This document shows, piece after piece, positions 18,552 to 28,693 of a stretch of 55,357 nucleotides of DNA. Numbering within the stretch: position 1 is the first letter of the stretch; each line of letters opens with the position of its first letter. The translations under genes were made by a program, and so were the position numbers. The DNA comes from Gammaproteobacteria bacterium (lineage in GTDB: Bacteria; Pseudomonadota; Gammaproteobacteria; Eutrophobiales; Eutrophobiaceae). Location of the stretch: NCBI GenBank assembly GCA_051275005.1, contig JBNMOP010000002.1, positions 1 to 55,357 of the forward strand. Reading direction: 5' to 3'. The notes under the pieces are model-generated. The model was given only the letters and a program-made list of their open reading frames with translations. It had not been told where the DNA came from and ran no database searches.

Positions 18552-20336
18552 ATGGCAATATTCAAATTTTCGCAATTTAAAGGCGTCTTGTCTCAGCTTT
18601 TAAAAATATCATTTTTCACATTTTTTATGCTGGTCACGGGTATTGCCCAGGGCCAGAATTTCAATCCTGTGACCACAGAGATGCTGGTCAACCCCAATGC
18701 CAATGACTGGTTGATGCTCGGGCGTACATACGATGAGCAACGTTACAGTCCACTGGATCAGGTGAACAAAGGCAACGTGGATAAGTTGCGTATGGTCTGG
18801 TCCAGGGGAATGCCCGAAGGCTCACAACAAACCATCCCCATAGTTTACAACGGGGTGATGTACGTGGTTTCTCCCATTAACTCAGTAGTAGCCCTGGATG
18901 CCACCACGGGTGATCTGATCTGGGAGTATGAGCGTGAGTCAGACCCGAGTATTCGTGCATCATCATTGGCCGGTACCAGCTCCAAGTCCCTGGCCATTTA
19001 CCATGACATGATCTATTACACCTCTGCCGATGGCTACCTGGTGGCAATCGATGCCCGTGATGGCAGTGTCCGTTGGGAAGTTGAATCCTATGAGCCCGAC
19101 TCCGGCGCAAAAAACACCTCGGCTCCCATAGTCGTTGAAGGGAATGTCATCACTGCCCGTGCCTGCAGGCAACAGGCAAATTGTTATGTTTCAGCCCACG
19201 ATGCCATGACCGGTAAGGAGGTCTGGAAATTTTTCACCGCTGCTGCAGAAGGTGATCTGGGGGGGGATAGCTGGGGTAATGTACCCTCGGAAAAACGTGT
19301 GGCATCCTTGTGGGGATTACCAGGATCCTATGATCCAGTTAAGGGATTAATCTACTGGGGCACCGCCAATCCACAACCTTATACGCGGCTTAGTCGCCAT
19401 GGTAGTCCGGACGGAACCTCACGTACTGCACCGGCGGATCTATTCAGTAATTCTACTATTGCACTCAATGCTGCAGACGGGAAACTTGCCTGGTATTACC
19501 AGCACCTCCCAGGTGATGATTGGGATGCTGACCATACCCATGAACGAATACTTGCGCGCACGACCTTTAACCCCGATCCCAATGAAGTAAAGTGGATTAA
19601 TCCCAATATCCGCAAGGGTGAAGAGCGGGACGTGGTGGTCCATATAGGAGAGGGTGGTGGAATGTGGTTATTGGATCAAACCACAGGGGAATTTCTTTGG
19701 GCCATGCCATTCCCGGTAGATGTACCAGAATTTAACATTTCAAATATCGATGTGAATACCGGTCTGACAGAAATCAATTGGGACAATGTATTTAAAGAAG
19801 ACAAAGATACAGTTATCACTTGCTACCATAATGCCCGTGGTTACTGGCCTATGGCCTATCATCCTGGCACCAACGCCATATACGTTGCCTTTCATGACTA
19901 TTGTTTGGGCATGACCGCTGACCTTTCCAGTCCCTCTGGTTATTCCAACCGTGTGGGTCGATTGCGTCCAGGGGTTGATCCTGCCAAGGCCTATGCCCTG
20001 GGTAAGGTTGATTTGGAAACAGGTAAACTCACACGGCTATATGAGGGTGGGGTTCCCGGTAATGGCGCAGTCCTGGCAACAGCTGGGGATTTAATCTTCT
20101 GGGGAGACATGAACCGACGATTCAGGGCCTTCGATGCAGAGGATGGAGAGATTCTCTTTGAATCCGTATTAGGTGGTGTCATCCAGATGAGTACCATTAC
20201 TTATGCGGTGGATGGGAAACAGTATATTGCAGTCATGACAGGAGATGGAAACTCGGCGACACGCAATCCGATCAGCCTTGCTGAGTTATCGGTTCCCCGG
20301 GGACATAATGCCATCTATATCTTTGCGCTGCCCTGA
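18552..20336 (+). CDS. PQQ-dependent dehydrogenase (quinoprotein, 8-bladed beta-propeller), exported
   Basis: SD GGGGGAA upstream. A signal peptide is present. N-terminal signature NDWLMLGRTYDEQRYSPLDQVN. Repeated blades of the form A-DA-TG---W. LPGDDWDAD block. Size ~590 aa. It is a paralog of 44438..46216. Confidence 0.8.
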   Translation: MAIFKFSQFKGVLSQLLKISFFTFFMLVTGIAQGQNFNPVTTEMLVNPNANDWLMLGRTYDEQRYSPLDQVNKGNVDKLRMVWSRGMPEGSQQTIPIVYNGVMYVVSPINSVVALDATTGDLIWEYERESDPSIRASSLAGTSSKSLAIYHDMIYYTSADGYLVAIDARDGSVRWEVESYEPDSGAKNTSAPIVVEGNVITARACRQQANCYVSAHDAMTGKEVWKFFTAAAEGDLGGDSWGNVPSEKRVASLWGLPGSYDPVKGLIYWGTANPQPYTRLSRHGSPDGTSRTAPADLFSNSTIALNAADGKLAWYYQHLPGDDWDADHTHERILARTTFNPDPNEVKWINPNIRKGEERDVVVHIGEGGGMWLLDQTTGEFLWAMPFPVDVPEFNISNIDVNTGLTEINWDNVFKEDKDTVITCYHNARGYWPMAYHPGTNAIYVAFHDYCLGMTADLSSPSGYSNRVGRLRPGVDPAKAYALGKVDLETGKLTRLYEGGVPGNGAVLATAGDLIFWGDMNRRFRAFDAEDGEILFESVLGGVIQMSTITYAVDGKQYIAVMTGDGNSATRNPISLAELSVPRGHNAIYIFALP

Positions 20337-20441
20337 TAGGATACGCGTTTTAAATATAAGCCATTGAACTATAAGTATATTTAAGTCTGTAGGCCGTTTG
20401 ATTTTATCCTCAGAATCTTAGCGGAGCGAAGATTTAGGGTG

Positions 20442-20447
20442 TATAAT
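20442..20447 (+). promoter_or_regulatory. Candidate sigma70 -10 box (TATAAT, preceded by TG)
   Basis: A perfect TATAAT hexamer lies ~40 nt upstream of the preferred ATG 20489. No convincing -35 (cTTAGC at best). If used, it would exclude the listed TTG 20450 start. Confidence 0.25.
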
Positions 20448-20488
20448 TTTTGGGATTGCATCATCAAAAATATCCTCGGGGGCGGTGG

Positions 20489-22921
20489 ATGGTTGGCTTA
20501 ATCATAAAATCTCGTAAATTTATTTTATTTACTGTCGTTTTCTTAGCCGGAGTTAATGTCTCTCAGGCTCAGCAGTCTCGTTCAAATTCAAATCAAGATT
20601 TAATTAATCGCTATTGTGTAAGTTGTCACAATAAGACATTAAAGACGGCAAATCTGTTATTGGATAAGGCCAAAATTGATGAAATCAGTCAGGCCCCTGC
20701 GTTATGGGAGCGCGTCAATCTCAAGCTAACTCTTAGAGCAATGCCACCTGTTGGGATGCCGTTACGGCCTTCCGAATCAGAATACCAACAACTTATAGGT
20801 CACTTACAGAGCGAACTCGACGGTCTTGCGGATAGAAATTCAAACCCGGGCAGCGTCACTGTTCATCGACTCAATCGGTCTGAATATTCCAATGCGATTA
20901 AGGATTTGCTCGCAATAGATATAGATGCGCAAGCACTTTTGCCCCCGGACAATATCGGACAGGGGTTTGACAATATCGCTGAAGTCCTCGCGGTCTCTCC
21001 TTTATTGATGGAGCAGTATATGTTTGCTGCCAGCAAGATCAGCAAACTTGCTATTGGTCCTGATGAAATGCTACCAGTGAGTGAAAGCTACAGTATCGAT
21101 AATGACTATCGTCAAAACGAAAGAATGAATGAGGACCTGCCGCTGGGGTCGCGTGGTGGAATGGCGTTTAACCATTATTTTCCCATGGATGGAGAATACA
21201 CTGTTAATGTTAAACTCCACCGCAGTCAGGAGGGCTATATTCGTGGTATTCGAAAAGCACACCAGGTGGATTTTCGTCTCGATCATGAGCGTATAAATGT
21301 CATTAAAGTAGGTGGCGAGATACACGGTCGATCCGGACCACTTTTTAATGAGAGTCAGAATCCACAATATGCAGGCGACCCGGTACAAACTGGTTATGAG
21401 TTTACCGCTGATGAAGTCCTAAAGGTGACATTCCCTGCAAAGGCGGGTTCCCATCTGGTTTCGGCGTCGTTCATAAACGAAACAACTAAACCCACAGGTA
21501 TGAAAAAACCTGAAATGACGTTGTTAGATATCGGATCTTATAAAGGGGGCGATGCCACCGTTGCCTCCGTGACCATTACTGGACCACGCAATGCAACGGG
21601 ACCAGGGTTAACAGCAAGTCGCCAGAAAATTTTTATCTGTTCACCCGAATCACAGGATGAACAGGATACCTGTGCACAGGAAATATTATCGACACTCGCA
21701 CGCAGTGCTTATCGACGGCCTGTTACCAATGAAGATATGAATGAACTGATGGCATTGTTTCAAACAGGTCGTATGAGTAATGGCTTCAAGACGGGGGTTG
21801 GTTTGGCCATTCAAGGTATCCTCTCCGGGCCGGAATTTCTATTCAGGGTTGAGCAGGACCCAGGCGGTGTGGTACCGGGTTCTATCTATCCCATCTCAGA
21901 CATGGAGCTGGCATCTCGTTTATCTTTTTTCCTGTGGAGCAGTATTCCTGACGATGAACTCATTTCAGTTGCCGACCAGGGTCGTTTACGTGATCCTAAA
22001 ATATTGAATAATCAGGTTAAACGTATGATGTCTGATCCCAGATCAGAGGATTTTATTAAAAATTTTGGTGAACAATGGTTGGGATTAAGAAATATGGATA
22101 TCTTTAACCCACACCCCGAGGTCTTTCCTGAATTTGATGATGAACTGCGCGAGGCCATGAGAACTGAAACCGAATTATGGTTCAGGGAAATGATTAGAGA
22201 AGATCGAAGTATTGATGAATTGCTAACGGCTGATTTTACCTACTTGAATGAACGCCTTGCTAAACATTACGGAATTTCAGGCGTGAGTGGTAGTCGTTTC
22301 AGGCGGGTATCATTATCTGGTTATGATGAGCGTATCGGCTTGTTAGGGAAGGGTAGTCTGTTGGCGGCAACATCCTATAACAATCGTACCTCACCGGTAT
22401 TAAGAGGAAAATGGGTATTAGAGAATCTCTTGTCTATGCCTCCACCCCCTCCACCGGATGATGCATTTCAGCCGGTGTTAGAGGTTGAAAATGAAAATGG
22501 CACTGCCTTGACTATGAAACAGGCCATGGAAAAACATCGGGCCAACCCGGTATGTGCAACTTGTCATAAATTAATGGATCCCATCGGTTTTGCCCTGGAA
22601 AACTATAATGCCATAGGCTCATATCGAACCAGGTATGAAGAGGCTAATGCGGATGTAGAATCAGCCGGAATTTTATTTGATGGAATGGCATTTAGTAACA
22701 CCAGTCAATTTCGAGACAGGTTATTGGTCCATTCAGACAGAATAGCCCATACCGTGACCGAAAAAATGCTGACCTACGCCCTGGGGCGGGGCATTGAGTA
22801 TTATGACCAACCAGAGATCAGGGATATCGTCCGCAAGATATCCGCAAAAAACACTGCCTGGACTGCATTAATTCAGGGAATAATTGAGAGCACCCCGTTT
22901 CAATATCGGAAGGCTCGATGA
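20489..22921 (+). CDS. Exported di-haem protein of the DUF1587/DUF1592/DUF1595/DUF1588/DUF1585 (planctomycete PSCyt/PSD-type) family, cassette 1
   Basis: ATG 20489 follows GGGGGCGGTGG; TTG 20450 is an alternative start. A signal peptide is present. CxxCH at 20615-20629 (CVSCHN) and at 22553-22567 (CATCHKLMDPIGFALENY). Further motifs HRLNRSEYSNAIKDLL, AYRRPVT and FGEQWLGL. Confidence 0.85.
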   Translation: MVGLIIKSRKFILFTVVFLAGVNVSQAQQSRSNSNQDLINRYCVSCHNKTLKTANLLLDKAKIDEISQAPALWERVNLKLTLRAMPPVGMPLRPSESEYQQLIGHLQSELDGLADRNSNPGSVTVHRLNRSEYSNAIKDLLAIDIDAQALLPPDNIGQGFDNIAEVLAVSPLLMEQYMFAASKISKLAIGPDEMLPVSESYSIDNDYRQNERMNEDLPLGSRGGMAFNHYFPMDGEYTVNVKLHRSQEGYIRGIRKAHQVDFRLDHERINVIKVGGEIHGRSGPLFNESQNPQYAGDPVQTGYEFTADEVLKVTFPAKAGSHLVSASFINETTKPTGMKKPEMTLLDIGSYKGGDATVASVTITGPRNATGPGLTASRQKIFICSPESQDEQDTCAQEILSTLARSAYRRPVTNEDMNELMALFQTGRMSNGFKTGVGLAIQGILSGPEFLFRVEQDPGGVVPGSIYPISDMELASRLSFFLWSSIPDDELISVADQGRLRDPKILNNQVKRMMSDPRSEDFIKNFGEQWLGLRNMDIFNPHPEVFPEFDDELREAMRTETELWFREMIREDRSIDELLTADFTYLNERLAKHYGISGVSGSRFRRVSLSGYDERIGLLGKGSLLAATSYNNRTSPVLRGKWVLENLLSMPPPPPPDDAFQPVLEVENENGTALTMKQAMEKHRANPVCATCHKLMDPIGFALENYNAIGSYRTRYEEANADVESAGILFDGMAFSNTSQFRDRLLVHSDRIAHTVTEKMLTYALGRGIEYYDQPEIRDIVRKISAKNTAWTALIQGIIESTPFQYRKAR

Positions 22922-23005
22922 TTTGGCATTGTTTGTAGTTATACATTGAATTTTAAAGATAAATGTTCAAGAATTAATAGATACGTAATTGGAGGTTAGA
23001 GCGCC

Positions 23006-24355
23006 ATGATGATATTTAAAAAATCCATTCCCCGTCGTACTTTTTTACGTGGTGCAGGTGCAAGCATCGCCTTACCGTTTCTTGATGCCATGGTCCCCGC
23101 TTTTGCGGCGACATCTGCCTGGAAACAGCCATTACGATTGGGATATGTTTATCTGCCCATTGGTCGAATTATGGATAATTGGACACCAAAAACTGAGGGC
23201 GCGAATTATGAAATGACGCCAACACTTGCGCCTTTGGCACCCTATCGAGATCAAATGCTCATTATGAGCGGATTAGATATCAAGGCCGCTGATTTGAGGC
23301 CTGGAGAAAAAGGTGGAACTCATGCTCGCCCATGTGCGGCCTACCTCACAGGTGTTCATCCTTATGATAATTCAGTGGGTATTTCAGCAGATCAGATCAT
23401 CGCAAAAAAAGTCGGGCAGCACACACAACTTGCTTCGTTACAACTGGGTCTGGATCCAGCGGAATGGGCAGGCGGTAGTGAGGTGGACTATGATGGATTT
23501 TACCGTAGCACCTTGAGCTGGTCTTCGGCAACAACCCCATTACCAACTCAGGATAATCCTCGTAAGGTATTTGAAAGATTGTTTGGTGATACCGATACCG
23601 TTAATGCAGTGGCAATGCGTCAGCGTATCGAAGAACAAAGCAGTGTACTGGATTCAGTTAATTCCAGGGCAAAACGCCTGATGAAAAATATTAACTCCGG
23701 TGACCGTTATAAGATCGAGGAATATCTCGATGCAGTACGCGATATAGAACGCGGTATCCAGGTGGCAGAATCGAAGGCAGCAACTGATGACAACATGACC
23801 AGGAATCTCACTCGTCCTTCAGGGATACCAGAGCTTTATGCAGATCATGCAAAACTTATATTTGACTTGATGTTTCTCGCCTACCAAACGGACATGACCA
23901 GGGTCGTCGCCTTCATGATGGGTCATGAAGGCACCAACCGTAATTACCTGGAGCTGGGTGCACAGGATGGAAATCATTCCATGTCACACCATAAAGGAAA
24001 CAAGAATGCGATCGAAGCTCTGAAGAAAATAAATATGCATCAATCAGAATTGCTTGCTTACTTTCTTAATAAGATGAAGACTGCCACAGATGGTGAAACG
24101 TCATTGTTGGATAACTCCATGATTATTGTTGGCAGTGCATTAAGTGATGGCAATTTGCACCTTCATAATGATGTGCCAACATTGGTACTGGGTTCTGCGC
24201 AAGGTAAGGTACAAGGTGGTAGACATGTTCGCTATAATAGTGAGCCATTATCTAATTTGCATATGGCTACCATGGACATGTTTGACGCGCCATCACAGGA
24301 TTTTGTTACCAATGAAACCAGTGATGCCACCGGAATTCTCCCCGGGCTTGTTTAA
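23006..24355 (+). CDS. Tat-exported DUF1552 (HXXSHH) family protein, cassette 1
   Basis: Leader MMIFKKSIPRRTFLRGAGASIALPFLDAMVPAFA. Further motifs FERLFGDTD, YLDAVRDIERGI and AYQTDMTR. HXXSHH signature HSMSHH at 23975-23992. Confidence 0.85.
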   Translation: MMIFKKSIPRRTFLRGAGASIALPFLDAMVPAFAATSAWKQPLRLGYVYLPIGRIMDNWTPKTEGANYEMTPTLAPLAPYRDQMLIMSGLDIKAADLRPGEKGGTHARPCAAYLTGVHPYDNSVGISADQIIAKKVGQHTQLASLQLGLDPAEWAGGSEVDYDGFYRSTLSWSSATTPLPTQDNPRKVFERLFGDTDTVNAVAMRQRIEEQSSVLDSVNSRAKRLMKNINSGDRYKIEEYLDAVRDIERGIQVAESKAATDDNMTRNLTRPSGIPELYADHAKLIFDLMFLAYQTDMTRVVAFMMGHEGTNRNYLELGAQDGNHSMSHHKGNKNAIEALKKINMHQSELLAYFLNKMKTATDGETSLLDNSMIIVGSALSDGNLHLHNDVPTLVLGSAQGKVQGGRHVRYNSEPLSNLHMATMDMFDAPSQDFVTNETSDATGILPGLV

Positions 24356-24382
24356 TTAACAGCTATTCAATAATTAATAGAT

Positions 24383-26029
24383 ATGCTTAGTTCACTCAAG
24401 AATGTCGCCAGGATTTCCCTGGCGATTTTGGTTTTGGCCGCATCTTCTTTTGCAATCAACGCACAATCACTTCTGGATGCTGCACGTAAGGGAGATGCCG
24501 ATCAAATCAAGTCATTAGTTAGTAATAAGGCAGACATCAATACCACACTGGCTGATGGTACCAGTGCCCTGGCATGGGTGGTTTACAATGATGATGTTGG
24601 TTCTGTTGATCTTTTGCTGCGTGCAGGGGCCAATGTAAATAGTGCTAATGATCTAGGGGTGACACCATTATCTCTGGCGTGTGAAAACGGAAATGCAATA
24701 ATCGTTAGCAAATTACTGCAGGCCGGTGCGGATCCAAATATTACGAAAGTTACCGGTGTTAGCCCATTGATGTTGTGTGCCAATATGGGAGTTACCGCAG
24801 GGGTCCGGGATTTAATTAAAAAAGCCGCTGATGTTAATGCCAGTGAGAACAATGAAAATCAGACTGCGTTAATGTGGGCAGCAGCTGAGAGGTTTCCTCA
24901 GGTAGTCAAACTGATTGCGGATGCTGGTGCGAATGTAAATGCTACAACCCGAATAGTTCCAGAACCAAAACCCTACATTATTGATGACGAAAACCTGGTC
25001 TTTGGTAGAAACTATCCCGTTACAATCCGATTTCCAGAATTTACAGGGGGATTCACAGCCTTGTATTTTGCTGCCCAGCAGAATGACATGGAATCAGCCC
25101 GAATTCTATTAGATGCGGGTGCCGATATAGATGCAGCGAATAAGGAATATGGTACGCCCCTTATTATTGCACTGACCAGTGGTCATGAAGACATGGCCAG
25201 ATACCTGCTCGATAACGGTGCTAACCCCAATGTTAAAGATGGCTGGGGAATTACACCGCTACACTACGCATTGCATAAGGGTGTACTGGTAATTAATACC
25301 TTTAAACCTTCCACAACCGACCGCTTTGGTTGGGAAAGAACCAATATGCCAAATATGGTCAGGGCATTACTGGATAAAGGTGCGGACCCCGAGGCAAGAA
25401 TAGAATATTCATTGCCTTATCATAATGACGCGTTTTTCTCACGCTCCATGGAAGACCCACCACAGGTTGATCCCGTTGGCGCAACTCCTTTATTGCTTGC
25501 TGCTGTATCCGGTGATGTGGAATCTATGAAGATCCTGATAGATCATGGTGCGAACAAGAATGCCAAGACCATAGGTGGTGGTACTTTATTTATGCTGGCC
25601 GCAGGAATGGGTTCAGAGAAAGGAACACGTGATCAAGCGCAGGCAATAGAAGCAGCAAAGTTTTCCCTCTCTTTAGGAGAGGATATTAATAGTTATTTAA
25701 CAGATTTAGCCGCGGTTGGTCCTGGTAAAGATAAAGAAGATGGGCGTACCGCATTACACCAGGCGGTATACCTGGGTTGGACGGACATGATTAAATTTTT
25801 GGTGAAAAATGGCGCAAACATCCATGCAAAAGACCGCTATGGTATGACGCCTATGCTCATCGCCATGGGTGATCCTGAAGGCCGATTATATCGGAACATA
25901 GGTGTAGGAAACTCTGACTCCCGATTTCGAACGCCACCACCTATAGAAAGCAAAAAGTTATCAAGTTTATTATTGGAGCTTGGTGCTGAACCTTTTACTG
26001 GAATCTTCCGCGACCGTTCAGGTGAATAG
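24383..26029 (+). CDS. Secreted ankyrin-repeat protein, cassette 1
   Basis: Sec signal ...SSFAINA|QS. Multiple ankyrin repeats (GVTPLSLACENGNAIIVSKLLQAGADPN, GFTALYFAAQQNDMESARILLDAGADID, GITPLHYALHKG ...). The C-terminal block DRYGMTPMLIAMGDPEGRLYRN is shared with the other two copies. Confidence 0.85.
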   Translation: MLSSLKNVARISLAILVLAASSFAINAQSLLDAARKGDADQIKSLVSNKADINTTLADGTSALAWVVYNDDVGSVDLLLRAGANVNSANDLGVTPLSLACENGNAIIVSKLLQAGADPNITKVTGVSPLMLCANMGVTAGVRDLIKKAADVNASENNENQTALMWAAAERFPQVVKLIADAGANVNATTRIVPEPKPYIIDDENLVFGRNYPVTIRFPEFTGGFTALYFAAQQNDMESARILLDAGADIDAANKEYGTPLIIALTSGHEDMARYLLDNGANPNVKDGWGITPLHYALHKGVLVINTFKPSTTDRFGWERTNMPNMVRALLDKGADPEARIEYSLPYHNDAFFSRSMEDPPQVDPVGATPLLLAAVSGDVESMKILIDHGANKNAKTIGGGTLFMLAAGMGSEKGTRDQAQAIEAAKFSLSLGEDINSYLTDLAAVGPGKDKEDGRTALHQAVYLGWTDMIKFLVKNGANIHAKDRYGMTPMLIAMGDPEGRLYRNIGVGNSDSRFRTPPPIESKKLSSLLLELGAEPFTGIFRDRSGE

Positions 26030-26277
26030 ATCTCTAATCTTGCGTCTTTAACTCTCTGTCTACATTCGTTTCAAATACTTTTTATAATCCAGGTGGTTAG
26101 TCTGTGCTGAATTATTTAAATGGTTAATAATCTGTTACACAGTTGTAATAATCACTTAGTCCCAGCTGACATACACCTTTATGAAAAAATACAGAAGTAT
26201 CGTATTTATTTATAGACCAGATAAAATAAATCAACCCTGAGTCTGAATGAAATTTAGATCCAGGGCTGATCAAATAA

Positions 26278-27150
26278 TTATGTTAAATGTTTTTTGAAGA
26301 AACTGATGGTACGGTTCCAGGCAAGGTCTGCCGCCTCTTTAACATATCTGTCTGGTCGATTGTCCTGGTTGAACGCATGCTTGGTGCCGGGATAAATATA
26401 TAATTCGTATGGCTTGGCATTTTTTTCCATGTTGCTGATGAAGCCAGGTAAACTGGCGACCAGTCTAGGATCATCGGCGGCATAATTTCCTAGTATTGGC
26501 GCGTTAATATTTTCATATCCTGATTCAGGAGGTGCCCCATAGAAGGCCACCGCAGCATCTAGTTTAGGTGTGTCTACCGCGAGACTCAGTGAATGCCCGC
26601 CACCCCAGCAAAAGCCGATAGAGCCGACTTTGCCAGTGGCTTTAGTACTGGATTTGAGAAAACTCACTACTGCAACGAGGTCTTGATCAATATCCTTACT
26701 GTTTATTTTTGCAAGAGAGGCAAGTGCGGCATCTCCTTCTGGACCACGAGATTCACCTAAGGGTGTACCCCCAGCACGTGACAGCATATCCGGTGCAATG
26801 GCAATGAAGCCATCTAATGCAACTTTCCGAGCGATATCCTTGAAATGCGGCCATAGTCCACGATTCGCGTGGATCACAATTACCGCAGGGAGTTTCTCTG
26901 TACCAACGGGCCGGGCCATGTAGGCCATAATATCGCCAGCCGGGCCGGGAATCTTAATAGACGATATAGAAAGTCTGGGATCATTTTCCGGGATCTGATC
27001 TGCATGTGCCAGATTGCCTTCTAATAAAGACACTGCAGACATGGCAGCGGCTGCACTTCCGGTAATGACAGTAAGGCGATGCATAAAATTTCTACGTCCC
27101 ATAGGGGTGTGAAGGTATTCGTCGTAAAGGTCAGCAATTTTTTTGTCCAT
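26278..27150 (-). CDS. Tat-exported dienelactone hydrolase family protein
   Basis: SD AGGAG 7 nt upstream. N-terminus DLYDEYLHTPMGRRNFMHRL... carries a twin-arginine. The nucleophile motif GSIGFCWGG (G-x-C-x-G) and the size of 290 aa are typical of DLH/carboxymethylenebutenolidase-like enzymes. Confidence 0.85.
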   Translation of the reverse strand: MDKKIADLYDEYLHTPMGRRNFMHRLTVITGSAAAAMSAVSLLEGNLAHADQIPENDPRLSISSIKIPGPAGDIMAYMARPVGTEKLPAVIVIHANRGLWPHFKDIARKVALDGFIAIAPDMLSRAGGTPLGESRGPEGDAALASLAKINSKDIDQDLVAVVSFLKSSTKATGKVGSIGFCWGGGHSLSLAVDTPKLDAAVAFYGAPPESGYENINAPILGNYAADDPRLVASLPGFISNMEKNAKPYELYIYPGTKHAFNQDNRPDRYVKEAADLAWNRTISFFKKHLT

Positions 27151-27221
27151 TATTCTGCTCCTGGTGTGTAATAAATAGAGTATGGGGTTATTAGTTTCTC
27201 AATTGTTAATCCGATTAGTTC

Positions 27222-28610
27222 TCACATCGTGCTTGTCATTTTTACGAATTCCGGTTTGGTTTCGATCAAAATTTCTTTAATTGCTGTTCGATCTTTTTCA
27301 TTGAGATGGGAAAATGAATCACTGCTGTCAGCGCCTGAAAGAATTGCATCGAATCTCTGATAAACATAATTTCTGGTCATTTCTGGCAATGCATCAAAGG
27401 CTTTCGAGTATATCAGATAGCTTAAAGGATAACGGAACAGCCTGGAGTTCAGGTCCAGGTTGCGCAGGCTACGATTCTTGCTATCGTAAGGACCACGTGC
27501 TTCAAATTTTTCTCTGAAGCCTGAGTTGCCATTTATTGGCGCATTAATTTCGGCCTCATTTACCATCAACATCGCCAACACTAATGGTTCTATAATATTG
27601 TTGATATTGGTTTGATCTATATCTGGCATGTCTGAACTAGATACGCCATTTTTAATTGCATTTTCATAGAATGATTTTCGCACATCATAATTAACACGTG
27701 TAATCAGGTTCTGTATCTGTAACTGGTGTTCCATTACCATCAATGCATCGATGTCACTAAAGGTGGTTAGGTAATTTTCTGGATTTATAAATCCGGCTAT
27801 ATTGTCCAGATTTCCCATACGAAGTGATTCCAGGTCTTGCAGGTCTTCAGGTTTTTTTACTACGATATTTCCAAGGTGGACTTGATCGCCATGTTTGCCT
27901 GTTACATACCATCCTCCCCATCGAAATCTTAGCGGGGTTTCTTGTTTAGTTAATATCCAGCCTTCGTGAGAGACCAGGCTACCGGTAAAGTTTGTATAAC
28001 CCGATCCAATAATAAAGCGAGGTACACCGCCACCGCTAAGTGTTAAGGAATCATGACAACGCAAACATAGTCCTGAATCCCGAACAAAACCTACGTTATT
28101 GTTTTGATTTTGAGTCAGAAGATAAAATACCGGACCAAGGTTGGGATCTAAAGAAGCTATTTCAATAGATTCAGTTTCCGGTACCCATGCGATATAGGTT
28201 TCATCATTAAAATAGATAGCACGAGGGTTATTGGCACGGATTGCGCCGACATTCAAACTGGTATCTGAATAGACGAGGACTTGAGACTCTGAATCGATAT
28301 TAAGTGTATGGAGCAAGTCACTAAGATAACCATGTGGTGCCTTATATGACAAAGACTGACTACCGTTACTGATCGCTTGCTGTAGCTTTGCTACAGGATC
28401 TTCAGGCATTCGTGTCGAGTAACCTATCACCGGATATTCACGGTCATAGAGTAATTGCCCTTCCTGAGGTATTAATTGTGCTACAAGAGAGTTATCAATT
28501 TCTAACAGTGACTGGGCAAAAACTTTATTGATTATAACTTGAGATAAAGTGGATATCAGCAAGAGATATATAAATAAATAATTTTGAAATTTTATTACAG
28601 GGAAGGCCAT
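27222..28610 (-). CDS. Exported protein of unknown function with a single CxxCH haem-binding motif
   Basis: Signal peptide ...NKVFA|QS. The single motif is GLCLRCHDSL, about 190 aa into the protein. I recognise no family. It lies between the cytochrome c gene and the DLH gene on the same strand. Confidence 0.6.
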   Translation of the reverse strand: MAFPVIKFQNYLFIYLLLISTLSQVIINKVFAQSLLEIDNSLVAQLIPQEGQLLYDREYPVIGYSTRMPEDPVAKLQQAISNGSQSLSYKAPHGYLSDLLHTLNIDSESQVLVYSDTSLNVGAIRANNPRAIYFNDETYIAWVPETESIEIASLDPNLGPVFYLLTQNQNNNVGFVRDSGLCLRCHDSLTLSGGGVPRFIIGSGYTNFTGSLVSHEGWILTKQETPLRFRWGGWYVTGKHGDQVHLGNIVVKKPEDLQDLESLRMGNLDNIAGFINPENYLTTFSDIDALMVMEHQLQIQNLITRVNYDVRKSFYENAIKNGVSSSDMPDIDQTNINNIIEPLVLAMLMVNEAEINAPINGNSGFREKFEARGPYDSKNRSLRNLDLNSRLFRYPLSYLIYSKAFDALPEMTRNYVYQRFDAILSGADSSDSFSHLNEKDRTAIKEILIETKPEFVKMTSTM

Positions 28611-28693
28611 GTTACAACAGTAGCATTACATAAGAATCACCGGTCATCATCGTATAAATTTAAAACGATGACCGGTGATATGTTATATCTGAT

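Noticed and set aside
26030-26277. A possible convergent terminator between the cassette 1 ankyrin gene and the dienelactone hydrolase gene.
   Set aside because: Only a short 5-bp stem (CCCTG/CAGGG, around 26235-26267) with a ~20-nt loop and no U-tract is present. This is not convincing.
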